64,000 bases of DNA from Vicugna vicugna (lineage: Eukaryota), in the NCBI GenBank assembly GCA_013265495.1, contig MU058059.1, positions 806,001 through 870,000 of the forward strand. Direction: 5' to 3'. Positions 25,414 to 37,654 of this stretch are shown here, piece after piece. Below the pieces are notes generated by a model. That model did not search any database, was not told the origin of the DNA, and saw only the letters and a list, made by a program, of their open reading frames with translations. Made by a program: the position numbers and the translations under genes. The stretch's first letter is position 1. Every line of letters begins with the position of its first letter.

Positions 25414-27404
25414 GTTGAGAAAGCACGTAACCAATGGGATCCAAGTGGTAAAGAAATTAAGGGGACGAAATTCAGCCTTGGGAAACTCTTTAAGGAGGAG
25501 GGAAAAAAGAGGTCATTCTGGACTGGAAGTTGCGAGGGTGAGGGACAAGCTCCCCAAGAGCAAAGTAAGACAGCTGGCAGGACTGGAGGCTGGATTTCTG
25601 AGTTTAAGGTGGCATCCTGGAGGACAGTAAGGTCTCAAGAGCACCCCTGTAAGTGACCGCTGAACAATCCCCAGGGAGGAAGTAAAAGAACCCTGAGACT
25701 GAAGTCAGGGGCTGTAGAGATTATCCCAGAAGGTGAGTGGACAAAGAGAAGATAATGAATCACACAGCTTGGTTTCCATCAGTGGGGGTGGGGGAGGAGC
25801 CACGGATAGTTAGAAATACTGAGAAGTTGCCAGATAAATCTAAGGAGAAAATAGTTAGAAGAATACTTATTCTTTGAATAAGCTAATAATGCTTAGGTAG
25901 CATGATAATGTTTGGAAATTGAAATTGATGGTTTTCATAGTCAGTAATTGATTTTTACACTACTTTACATAACCCAAGTAGACATTAGTCTGGATCTTAC
26001 TGCTTTAGAGAGACTGAACTGAGTTCAGAAAATAAACAATCAAATTCTTGGCATTTGAATTTTAAAACAAGCACTTGAAATGCAAAGCAGAGGCTAAAGT
26101 CTTGCTAGCTGAGGCTTTCAATTAAGTGCCAGAGCAGAGGGGAAACGTTTTTCGAGCCCAAGCCTCAAGGTTAGGTCTGTAAGATAAACAGAGCTGGGGA
26201 GAAAAGCAGGAAAAAGCATAGCCAGTTTTGCATTTGTTTTGTTCTGTTTGAAAATTCACTCAAGCCCCAAAGGACATGTTTTACATTTGTTTTATTTTGT
26301 TTGAAAATTCTGTTTAGGCTTGGAGGTAAGTTTTTTTGTTTTTTGTTTTTTTCACAAGGATAGATAAGAAACTGTAGATTTAGCAGGGCCTCCAAAAAAG
26401 GAGACTGTGTCCCAGGCTGCACGGTCAGTCCAAGGAGGACTGGGGCCTCAAAGAGGAAGTGACCACTTATCTTGTTAAACTGATAGTCATGTAAGCCATA
26501 TTACTGCCTCTGCTATTAAAACCTTGAATTCCATGAATTCATCCATGCTTTGCTTTCCACACTGAAAGCCCTGAAAATTCAATAAAGCCAACCCTCCCAC
26601 CGAAAATGCCAAAATTCACTTATATATTGTGTAAAGCTTTGAAACCAACAAGTGGCCTCTGATAAATTCTCTGACATTTATCATCTCTTTGGTAAAGACA
26701 CTGTCTTATCTGGATCATCAACCTTCTAATGTTTGATGGCTTCCAAAATGCCTTCACATGCATTACTTATTTGATACCCCTAACAAATCCGTAAAGGTTG
26801 GTGAATATAGCTGGGGCTTACAGACACAGACAAAGGGTCGAAAGGGACTGTTACCTTCATATGAGGCTCATGTCAAAACAAAGCCCATTCATTCCAGGAG
26901 GCAAGAGGACTGTCTCCCACGGTTATCTGCAAGACAAACATACACATTTAAAATGTGATTTCAATCCCATGTTATCCATTCATCAAGTCCCTGTCATACA
27001 TGAGTCTCACAAGTCTTTCTAATGTGACATCAGGGGACATCTTACTTCCTGACTCACAGTTTGAGTCTTGTAAATAAGTCCCCAATGAGAGCGAACGAAT
27101 GGTAAAGGTACATCCTGGACAAAAACAACAACCATTTATTTGATAGTCACACTGTTCTTTGTCAGAACTGCTTTTAGCAGTTTGAAATATGTTCTGATTA
27201 ATTTCACACAGATAGGGATAGGGTTATACATTTACTTGCCTAAAGGAAGTAACTAGAACTATTCCTGATTTAACCTCTTTTCTAAAAGAATTATGAATCA
27301 AATGAAAAACAACTTTCAGATGAGTTCTCTCACAAACGCCCATTTTTGTTTAGGCTATTTCCTCTAATGTCTTCAAACTGTATTCTAAAATGATCAAAGT
27401 TCTA

Positions 27405-27790
27405 CATAGCTCATTTTATGTGTCAGCCTGGCAGGAGGATGGTGACTAGTTATTTGGTCAAACACTAGCTTACCTGTTCTGTGAAGGTGTTTTTTGGATG
27501 TGATTAACATTTAGCATCAGTTGACTTTAAAGTGAGCAGATTACCCTCCATGATGTGAGTGGGCCTCATTCAATCAGTTGACGGCCTTAAGAGCAAAAAC
27601 TGAAGTTTCCCAAAGAAAGAATTCCACTTCCAGAGGATGACAATGAAATTTTGCCTGAGCTTTCAACTTTCAGACTCAGAAATGCAATATCCACTCTTTC
27701 CTGAATCTCCAGCCTGCCAGCCTGACCTACAGATTTTGGACTTTCTAGTCCCACAATGGCAAATATCACCCCACCCCCATTTAATAAATT
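27405..27790 (+). mobile_element. ERVL LTR remnant (MLT2-like)
   Basis: TTTTATGTGTCA...GCAGATTACCCTCCATGATGTGAGTGGGCCTCATTCAATCAGTTGA motifs typical of MLT2. Confidence 0.7.
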
Positions 27791-28059
27791 TAACATTCTC
27801 TACTACAACCCTGTCCAAAGCAGGTGTGCACTGTCAGTCAATGTATTTTCTCTTACAACTTTTAAAACATCTTGAGAATATACAGAACCACAAACACAAA
27901 AAAAATCATAATCCTGGTTATTTGTCATAAGAATTTTTTTTTTGGTTAAGACACACTTGAAAGATAATTTCCTATAAAATATATCCATGAATATACCCTT
28001 GATTGAAGAAGATTTAGAAATGAATAAAAGAAGAATGTATTAGTTAAGAGTTCTTGCAT

Positions 28060-30965
28060 TTGACAAAATCTTATACCTTTTCATGATTAAAAAAAAAAAC
28101 ACTCAGTAAACTAGGAACAGAAGGAAACTTCCTCAAGCTGATGACGGCATACATGACAAACCCACAGCTATCACACATTCAATAGTGAAAGACTGAAGTC
28201 TTCACCCCCAAATCAGGAACAAGACAAGGGTACCCACATTCATCACTTCTTCTGTTACACTAGAAGTCTTAGCTAGAGAAATTAGGCAAGAAAAAGAAAT
28301 ACGGCATACAAGTTGAAAAGAAGTCAAACTATTTGTATTTGCAGATGACATGATCCCACATATAGAAAAATTCCAAAGAATCCACACACAAAAAACTACT
28401 ACAGATAATCAACTTAGCAAAGTTGTAGGGTACAAGGTCAATACACAAAAATCAGCTGTATTTTTATCTACTAGAAATGGACAACACAAAAAGGAAATTA
28501 AGAAAAAAAATTTCATTTACAGTAACATCCAAAACCATAAAATACCTAGGAATAAGTTTAATCAAGCACAGGGTACAGTGAAAACTATAAAACGTTGCTG
28601 AAAGAAATTAAAGAAGACATAAATAAGTGGAAAGCTACCCCTGGCTCTGGATTGGAAGACTTAATATTGAGGAAGACTACCCAAATTCAGTGAAATCTCT
28701 ATCAAAATTCCAATGGCCTTTTATGCAGAAATGGAAAGGCCAATCCTAAAATTAATACAGAATAGTAAGAGGTCCCAAATAGTCAAAACAATATTTAAAA
28801 AGAAGAAGAAAGTTGGAGAACTCAAACTTCCTGATTTCAAAGTTACTACTAATCTACTGTGATCAAAACAGTGTGATACTCCAAAAATGGGCCAAAGACC
28901 TAAACAAGCAATTCGCCAAGGAAGAAATACAAATGATCAATAGGCACATGAAAAAATGTTCAATATCACTAATTATCAGAGAATGCAAATCAAAACTACA
29001 ATGAGGTATCACCTCACACCAGTCAGAATGAGCATCATTCAAAAATCCACAAATGACAAATGCTAGAGAGGCTGTGGAGAAAAGGGAACCCTCCTACACT
29101 GCCGGTGGGAATGCAGTTTGGTGCAGCCACTGTGGAAAACAGTATGGAGATTCCTCAAAAGACTAGGAATAGACTTACCATATGACCCAGGAATCTCGCT
29201 CCTGGGCATATACCCAGGAGGAACTCTACTTCAAAATGACACCTGCACCCCAATGTTCATAGCAGCACTATTTACAATAGCCAAGACATGGAAACAGCCT
29301 AAATGTCCATCGACAGATGACTGGATAAAGAAGATGTGGTATATTTATACAGTGGAATACTATTCAGCCATAAAAACTGACAACATATGCCATTTGCAGT
29401 AATATGGATGTTCCTGGAGAATGTCATTCTAAGTGAAGTCAGCCAGAAAGAGAAAGAAAAATACCATATGAGATTGCTCATACATGGAATCTGAAAAAAA
29501 CAAAAACAAAAACAAAAACAAAAACATAAATACAAAATAGAAACAGACTTACAGACTTAGAATATAAACTTGTGGTTGCCAAGGGGGCGGGGGATGGGAA
29601 GGGACAGACTGGGATTTCAAAATGTAGAATAGATAAACAAGATTATACTGTATAGCACAGGGAAATATATACAAGATCTTAAGATAGCTCACAGAGAAAA
29701 AAATGTGACAATGAATGTATGTATGTTCATGTATAACTCAAAAATTGTGCTCTACACTGGAATTTGACACAACATTGTAAAACGATTATAATGCAATAAA
29801 AAATGTTAAAAAAAAAGTGTGATACTGGCATACAGATAGATAGATCAATGGAATAGAACAGAGTCCAGAAATAAACCTATAAAGTTATGGCCAAATGATT
29901 TTCTATAAGCATGCAAAGACCATTCAATAAGGAAAGAATGGCCTCTCTAACAAATGATGCTGAGATAACTGAATCAATATTTGAAAGAATAAAGTTGGAT
30001 CTCTACATCACACTACAGACAAAAATTAACTTAAAATGTGTGAACAATCTAAAAGCAAGAGCTAAAACCATAAAACTTTAAAAAGAAAACATAAGGTTAA
30101 GTCTTCATGATGTTGGATTTGACAATGGGTTCTTCGATATGACACCAAAAGCACAAGCAAAAGAGAAAAATAGATAAACTGGACTAAATCTAAAAACGTT
30201 TGTGCCTGAAAGGACATTATTGAGAAAGTGAAAAGCATCTACAGAATGCGAGAAAATACTTGCAAATTATGTATCTGATAAGGGTCTAGTATCCAGAATA
30301 TATGAAGATATCTCTCACAATTCAGCAATAAAAAGACAAATAGATCAGATAAAAGATGGGCAAAGGATCTGAGTAGACCTCTCCCCAAAAGATACATAAA
30401 TTGCCAACAAGTAATAAAAAGATGTTCAACATCATTAGTCATTAGTTAACGCAAATCAGAGCCACAGTGACGTACCACCTGATACCCACTAGAAGGCTGT
30501 ACTTTAAAAAATGAAATGAAATGAAATGAAATGAAATGAAATAAAATAAAATAAAATAAAATAAAATAACAAGGGTTGGCAAGGATTTGAAGAAATCAGG
30601 ACCCTCGTACACTCCTGGTGGGAATGTAAAATGGTTCAGCCATTGAGGAAACTAGATTGACAGTTCCCAAAAAAATTAAACCACAGATTACCACAGATTC
30701 AGGCATTTCACTCCTACGTATATTTTCAAAAGAAGTGAAAACAGGGATTCATATAAGTACACATGCACACGTTTAAAGCAGCACTATTCACAATAGCCAA
30801 AAGGTAGAAACAGCCCAAATGTCCATCAGCCTAAGAACGGATAAACAAATTGTGGTATTTATGCTCAATGGAATATTATTCAGGTATGTAAAGGAACGAA
30901 ATAGTGATACATGCTACAGTGTGTGGAAGCTGAAAACACATGCTAAGAGGAAGAAGCCAGATGGG
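28060..30965 (+). mobile_element. Older LINE-1 ORF2/3' portion, interrupted by a younger L1
   Basis: RT-like TTTGCAGATGACATG (FADDM) at about 28338; L1 ORF2 C-terminal sequence through about 30960; (GAAAT)n/(AAAAT)n at 30511-30568. Confidence 0.85.
28881..29815 (+). mobile_element. Younger 5'-truncated LINE-1 with TSD nested in an older L1
   Basis: ORF2 C-terminus [32 protein letters not shown]...; AATAAA plus poly(A); TSD AGTGTGATACT at 28870-28880 and 29816-29826. Confidence 0.88.
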
Positions 30966-31419
30966 TGGAAAAAACGCGGGACTGCTTGGGTAGGAAGGAG
31001 GTCGGAGCGGAGAGCAGTGCTCACGGCCAGCGCCTGCCAAGGGCGGCTGACTGGACCAGAGGGAATTTGTTCCTCTCGTCAGTATAAACCTAGACTTGAC
31101 CCCTTCCCCTCCGCAGACCCTGCCCACCATCTGAACTTCAAGCTCATCTCCAAAGACCCTGGCACTCAGGAAGCCTTCACCACCGTTTCACTGACTTCGT
31201 AGCCAGAGTAAGTTTGTATACTCGGTGTCCCTCACGTCCTCAGGAAAACAAAAACAAACTAACCGAAAGCAGAAGCATCCGCTTCACAGAGCAAGGAGGC
31301 TCAGACGAGACGGTACCAGGCGGCCAGCACCTCCATGCAAGGGAGCTGCTCCGCGTCCTGTCAGCTTGGAAGGCCCACGGCATGGAATAGTCTGGAAGCA
31401 TGGAGGGCTTTATTAAACT

Positions 31420-32420
31420 TGCCTCCTCGCGGCTGTGAGGCCTTGGGCGAAACACGCGGACAGCTAGGAATGGGGAACACCCCCAATAACCACTGGAGCT
31501 GAGGCGAGGGACGGCGGAGCCAATCCGCAGCCTCGCGGGCGGGAGCTTCCCGTTTAAGCACCTGCAAGCTGGTCCGCGGAGGGAGCCCACCGGAAGTCGG
31601 CACTGCGCGCAGCCACGGAGTCAGATTCGTCCGCCGCGCGCGGCGATCGGTCCTGCGGCTTGGCCTCTGTCTACCCGACTTTCCTCCTCTCCCGGCCGCC
31701 TCCGTCGGCCTCATGCCTCCCGTCTCCCGCTTCTCCTGCCAACAGTCAGGGCGACCCTGCGCGCCGGTGCCCCGCCCTAGGCCCGGCCCGCGGAGGCCGG
31801 ACGCGCCGCCGCTGGGACCCGCCCCCCGACGACACGCACTTCCGGCGGCGCGGCGGCGGCGGGGACGATCCCGGCGGGCGGTGATGGACGCGCTGGCGGT
31901 CATGATGCAGGACCACCTGACGCAGAAGCATGCCCGGCGCAGGGAGAACAGCGAGCTCATGGACCAGGTGCGCCTCCTGCTGTGCAAGAAGGCCAGCCTG
32001 CTGGCCCAGGTGCGTCCGCCGGCCTGCCCGGTGGCTTTTCCCGAGACGTTCAAAGGCGACCCCGCCCGGCTCCCCGAGGTTTTGATCCAAGCGGCCTCTT
32101 ACATGAGGTTCTTCGAGGCCAGGTTCTCTAAGGACACCCTCAAGGTGGCGTTTTTAATCAGCCGCCTCAGTGGGCCGGCATAGGAGTGGGTTGTCCCCTA
32201 CCTCGCGGGGGAGAGCTTCATCCTGGCTCATTACGAGGGCTTCGTGGACACACTGAAGCGGGCCTTCGGCAGGAATGGGTAGAAAACTGGGGGGCTGCGA
32301 GCCCCTGCGCTCCCCACCGACGCGGTCGTGCTTGGATTTGACCCCCCGGCTGCTGGACCTGGACCCGTGCGAGGAAAAGTGGCCGCCGCCTGTTGTCGCC
32401 AGCCTCGCTGCCTTTGCTCT
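31420..32420. promoter_or_regulatory. CpG island with CCAAT box (31520-31524) and ETS/GABP motif CCGGAAGT (31590-31597), probable promoter of the LDOC1-like locus
   Basis: Very dense CpG; motifs seen directly upstream of the LDOC1-like ATG. Confidence 0.75.
31884..32282 (+). pseudogene. LDOC1-like (RTL/SIRH/Mart, Ty3/Gypsy gag-derived) intronless gene with one premature TAG at codon 100
   Basis: MDALAVMMQ...ENSELMDQVRLLLC..ASLL.QVRPP.CPV.FPETF.G...RLPE...Q.ASYM...KVAFLIS.L.G.A*EWVVPY...ILAHYEGFVDTLKRAFGRNG*; ungapped match to LDOC1 as recalled; strong Kozak GCGGTGATGG; TAG at 32181-32183, second TAG at 32280-32282. Confidence 0.85.
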
Positions 32421-35269
32421 CTGCCGGGCAACCTAGCCACTGGCAGGGGACCTGTTAGAACTCGCACGGACCACTCCGAATCACGCCCCTGTCGCCTGCC
32501 GGCTCTGAGGACTGCCGCTGACAGCCTTGGACATTCTGGGCCAGCCTGGGAAGTGCCTGAGCTGGTCCCACCCCCAGGGACAAAGATTTGGATAGCTCAG
32601 GCCCAGAAACAGCTCCCAGGGCTCGCGGGCCTGGCAGCCAGATTTTTGACACTTGTGTCCCTGGAACCTGTTTTCCACATAACATCGAACATCGTTTCTG
32701 TTCTAAAACCACAACAGTCTTATAGATTGTGCCTTTTGGTCAGAGACATTCAGGCGCTGAACAGTACACGGGAAAAGTATTTACTTTTAAAATGTAAATA
32801 TGTATCTTTCAGCACCATTTGCTGAGGACTGTACTTGATGTTACAGGAGAAACGAGTAAGACGAAACGTATCTCCGCAGGAACACAATTATGAGAAAAAA
32901 ATCTCAGTGCATATTCTGATGTCTGGCAAGATAATGCTTTAGAGTGTAAAGAAAAGCATATTTGATTATTGTTTTATGACTTTTTTTGCTTTTCACGCCA
33001 TAGTTTAAAAATGCATGTTAAAAACATGCAGCGTACCAAAGAGGCAGGCAGAAAACCCAACGTGAGCAATTATGTTTGCTGTTGAATCTGGCGAAGATGG
33101 TGTTTTTTAAAGAGCATGTAACTCATAGCAAAAAAAAAAGGGGGGGGTGCATTCTTTGAGCTCTAGCCAATTCCCTTTATCCCCCATATTAAATGACCTC
33201 ACTCCCGTCTTTTTTGTACATTACATTTTTGGCCTCAGTTTTTCTTTTGTAATTAAAAGCTTTTTATCATTAAAATTGGGTTCAGAATTCTGTGACTCTC
33301 TTATGAGGCCAAAAAAGGGAAAGATAAAGAGGATCTGAGCCCTCCTGTTCAACAGAGGAGTTTTTGAAACCCTTGAGGCACCAAAATCCATTAATTCTCT
33401 TTCCTTAAATGTCCATGGGCTTTCTCCTGCTGGTCAACATAGTCTCACTGAAGTATCTTAAATTCCTGGTTAAACATATTAAGAAAAACTCATCACTGCC
33501 TCCTGGGTGGACAGTTTACATATTTGAGGACCATAGTGAAAACCTCTAATTATATTTTTGCACAGTGTGATTAAAGCCAGGTTACAGCAATTATTTTATC
33601 GTTGCCAGTTAGCATTGTAAGAGATTTTAAGGAGACTGGGCCCCTCCACGTGACCTCCTATATACTGCATTGCTGCAGTATGTATGTACTAACAACAACA
33701 ACAGAAAAACCTACAGAATATAGCACCAAAAAAATTTCAGCAAACATCCCAAGAGCACATGTTTGGTAGGATAGCAAAACTTCCTAATGAAAGATCAGCA
33801 GCAACATGTAAGTCAAATAGTACATGAAAAAAATGTAACTCAGTAGTCAAAATGCCTCATATTTAATCTTCTATAGTTCTCTTTTTAGAGGATATCTTAG
33901 ATCTCCGCCAAAAAATAAAAAAGGAAAGAGAAAGTACACAAGGCTATCTTACAAACAATGACACGGGCAGGAGGAGGAAGAGAAGGTCAGTGACTTCCAC
34001 ATCATATTTTTTCCACCCCTTGAAAAGATTAGAGAAATGAGTGTTCATGGAGTTATGTCTGTAGTAAGTTGACCTTTTTCCTTCTGACCTAGATTTCAGC
34101 TTTGGCGGGCTGTTTTCTGCACCTTCTCCATCACCTGGGGTACAGTCTCTGAAAATCCAGTAATTTTCTTCATCCCTAAGCATTTCACGTGGAGCTCTGC
34201 TTGGCTTTTCAATTTCAGGTTCTCTATTTGCATGGCTTTAACTGCCTTATGGGGGAACCACAGTACATTCATGAATGGAACCAAATGGCCCAAGGACCAT
34301 CACAGGAAAACCCAGAGCTCCTAAGACAGCAGATGCCACCGGCCTTACGTTAGGTGGCCTTCCTCAGGAAGGTTGGGCATCTTAAACGCTGTTTGTCTTA
34401 GGGGCCACGGAAACCAGTTTACTAGAGCTGTCTTTCAGATGTGCATCAGACTTGACGAATAAAGGACTTTTCTCAAAGCAGACTCTTGAGCATCCTAGGT
34501 GGTGCTGATGCTGTTGGTGTAAGGGTCAAGCATCAGAAATAAGAAAAATGTTTAATTCTCCCTGGCACAAAGAAAAGGGGGCATTTATTTTAGAGAACTT
34601 GTCCTTGTGGGCTCGTTCTCTGCGTTTTGAAATGTATGTACATCTTTTCAAAGGCTGAGTAAGCCCCTTGCACACTTTACAATCCAGGGATTTCTCTTTG
34701 AAAGGGGACCTGGAGGCATTGCATTGAACTGTAATCGCCAAGGAAGACAGCACTCCTTCTATTTTGTTCCCCTTCAAGGGAGGAGGGAATAAAGTGACTG
34801 GTCAGAACTCACTGGTCTTTGGACATCCTTTACCTTGTGGATGGATCTGGAGACGCACCCCCCGTGCTCAGGCAGAGCTGGTCCCCTGGGGCTTACTGTC
34901 CCTTTGCAGTAGGGTGCTATAGCAAAACAGTCCTGACTGCATCCATCCTTATTCCCTTCCTGTCCACTGTCCACTGGTCATGGGTCCTTTTTTTGTTTAA
35001 TTTCCCCAAATAGTTCACTTGATTTACCTGAAGAGATTGGAGGTCTATTTTCGGCTTGCAACAACATGGGTATTAGAGGCATTTCCAGTCAGCTTTGTTC
35101 TTCACTTTGCTGCAGAAATGATGCCATTTTTATAATAGGATATTGGCCACACTTCATGTTTTTCTTACGACTCTGTTGTTTGACATCACCCCTTTGTCAG
35201 ATGACCATAAATACCTGCATCAAGAAAATAAAGCCACACAGAATCTCCAGTTGTTTTATAAATGAGAAA

Positions 35270-35545
35270 AGAATAGCTTGATATTATTCTTTTTGTATAT
35301 AGTTGAATTTGGAAGTGTTCCCTCCTCTACAATTTTTTGGAATAGTTTGAGAAAGGTATTAACTCTTTAAAAGTTTGGCAAAGTTCTCCTGTGATACCAT
35401 CTGGTCCTGGACTTTTTTGTATGTTGAGATTTTCTTCATTAATAATTCAACTGCAATACTAGTAATCAGTCTAAGATTTTCTATTTCTTCCTGTTTTAGT
35501 CTTGGAAGATTGCATGTTTCTACGATTTTATCCATACAGAAATTT
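35270..35545 (-). mobile_element. LINE-1 ORF2 fragment (antisense)
   Basis: Translation NLPRLKQEEIENL typical of L1 ORF2. Confidence 0.75.
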
Positions 35546-36482
35546 TCATGAGACAAAAAGTCTATGTATTTTTAAAGTATACATCAAATTCACAATATCA
35601 TAAGCAAAACTCAGTAAATTGCAAAGATGTAATATTCTATAGGTCACATTTTTTAAACCACAAGGTAATTAAATATGAAATCAACTATAAAAAGAAAAAA
35701 ATTAGAACTTTGAATAACTCATGGAGTGAATCACAATGTGTATTTAAAAGGTATTTAGAGCTAAATCATAATAAAAAATTATATCAAAACTTGTTTTATT
35801 TTTAATTTATAAAATTTAAACAAAGATAAAAATGAGTTTGACACTACCAAAAAGCCTAGAAAAAGATGAATATAGCTTCAGATGAAGTAGAGGTTTTTAA
35901 AAAATCTGTGAGAAGGGTATAAATTACCTAATGACAAAAAATTTGAAGACTTATATGAATCCATAATTTTTAAGAAAAATAAAATTTAACCCTAGAAGAA
36001 ATAGTAAACTTAAATAGACCTACAACCATTTTAAAAAATGAAGTAGTAGTAAAACCTACCCACCAAAAAGGACAAGGAAACAAATAAATACAAAACAGGT
36101 TCAGATGGTTTTATATACTCACTCTGATATATAATTTAAAAGATATATATATATTAAAAAAAGAGGTAATGCCACTCAATTCATTTACTGGGGATAGAGA
36201 ACAGTAATAATAAAACAGAATACAAACAATGAAAACAAAAGATTAGTGACCACTCTTACTGAAAATAAATGCAAAAATCCTAAGTAAAAGAGTAGCAAAT
36301 AACACTGAGCAATCTTCTAGACAATTAAAATACCACATTATGACCCAGCTGGATTTATTCTTAAAATGCAAGGATAGTTCAGCACTAGAAAATCTACAAA
36401 TGTGGCTTGCCATGTCAAAAAGTTAAAAGAGGAAAAACTATATAATCTTAGTATTTGCAGAAAAACACTGAACAACATTCAA
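35546..36482 (+). mobile_element. Highly degraded LINE-1 ORF2 fragment
   Basis: A-rich with L1-like motifs (GAAGAAATAGTAAACTTAAATAGACC; GCAAAAATCCTAAGTAAAA; GGATTTATTCTTAAAATGCAAGG). Confidence 0.65.
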
Positions 36483-37554
36483 GTTTCAAAGGGCAGGGAA
36501 GCCCCGCTCCAAGATCAGACGGAAAGGTGCACGGTTCCACGTAGCAGGGAATGTCACACTGATGTCAGTGGCAACAGATCAGAACAGCCAAATGTGAAGA
36601 TTTGGGGCTAGGGGGGTGGGGGTGGGAGAAAGAGGGTGGCAAATTACCTCTGAAGAAAAAAATTCCAAATCCTCTATTTGACATTGAGTCAAACAAAGAT
36701 TTGATAGTAAGTATTATGGGTCAGCCAGGGTGCTAGGGAAATGACGAAGCTCTAACGCCAGTCAGAGACAGACGTGCATGTTCTGTTGTTGTCACTTTCG
36801 TTCTTAAAATCCTTAACTGGGTGTCCACTGAGGTCAGGGTATAGACAAAGATCATTCAACATAACTTCAAAAAAAGGGGGGGTAGCTTGGGATTTGGTGG
36901 GGGGTAGTGTTGAGAGTATGTGGACAGCTCCTCTAAAGATGTTCCAAATAGGAGCCTCTCCAACAATTTCTTAGGCAATTTCTTCTGTAATATGTTGACA
37001 TGATGGTTGTTAAAACTAATAAAATAAATGGAAATGAGCCTTGGGTAACACCATTTTTGTGCTCACTTCACACCAACTAATAGAACAGGTGAGGTCCTGG
37101 ACCTAGCGTCCCCCAGACACACTCCAAGGTTTAGTGCCTGGCAAAAAGTGCCTCTTCCTTGTAAGGCCTGCATTATCCGGCCACTGAGATCTTTAGTTCC
37201 AGGGCATCAGAACTTCTTTTATAGGTCATTCGTTTAATAACTTAAGTGTGTAAAATAAAATAAAATACTCAGTGTTTGCTAAAAATACAAAGTCCAGGAC
37301 CCCACCCCAGTCCTGAATCAGAACCCCTGACAGCGGGCTCAGGGAACCAGCATGACTGTGATGCAGGTCGTGGAAAGAGCCCAGCAGGAGATGGGGAAGT
37401 GAGAAATTAGCAGTGCATGATGACTTATGTTTGGGCGAGGTAATTGTAGTAAACCTTTTAAGAGGAAGAAAACTCCGGAAAACAGAGTAGAGAAAGGTTT
37501 ATATACAATAGAGGGAGACTAAAAACAGAGAAATCAATTAAAAACAACAATAAT

Positions 37555-37654
37555 GGAGGAGGGCAGAGCTCAGTGGTAGAGCGCAGGCTTAGCATGCACA
37601 AGGTCCTGAGTTCAATCCCCAGTACCTCCATCAAAAATAAATAAATAAATAAAA
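37555..37654 (+). mobile_element. tRNA-derived SINE (Vic-1 type)
   Basis: AGCTCAGTGGTAGAGCGCAGGCTTAGCATGCACAAGGTCCTGAGTTCAATCCCCAGTACCTCC followed by a (TAAA)n tail. Confidence 0.85.

Noticed and set aside
29118..29402. 94-aa ORF as a cellular gene
   Set aside because: It is the LINE-1 ORF2 C-terminus within a truncated insertion
31361..32053. 230-aa minus-strand ORF and other overlapping ORFs in the CpG island
   Set aside because: Arg/Gly/Ala-rich with no recognisable domain; expected shadow of a GC-rich coding strand
33662..33681. Short hairpin ATACTGCA-TTGC-TGCAGTAT
   Set aside because: An 8-bp stem is expected by chance in 64 kb
35270..36482. Possible twin-priming L1 inversion
   Set aside because: The two oppositely oriented pieces cover overlapping parts of ORF2 and differ in decay, so independent insertions fit better
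36604..36626. G-quadruplex-forming run GGGGCTAGGGGGGGTGGGGGTGGG
   Set aside because: Common motif in intergenic DNA with no supporting context
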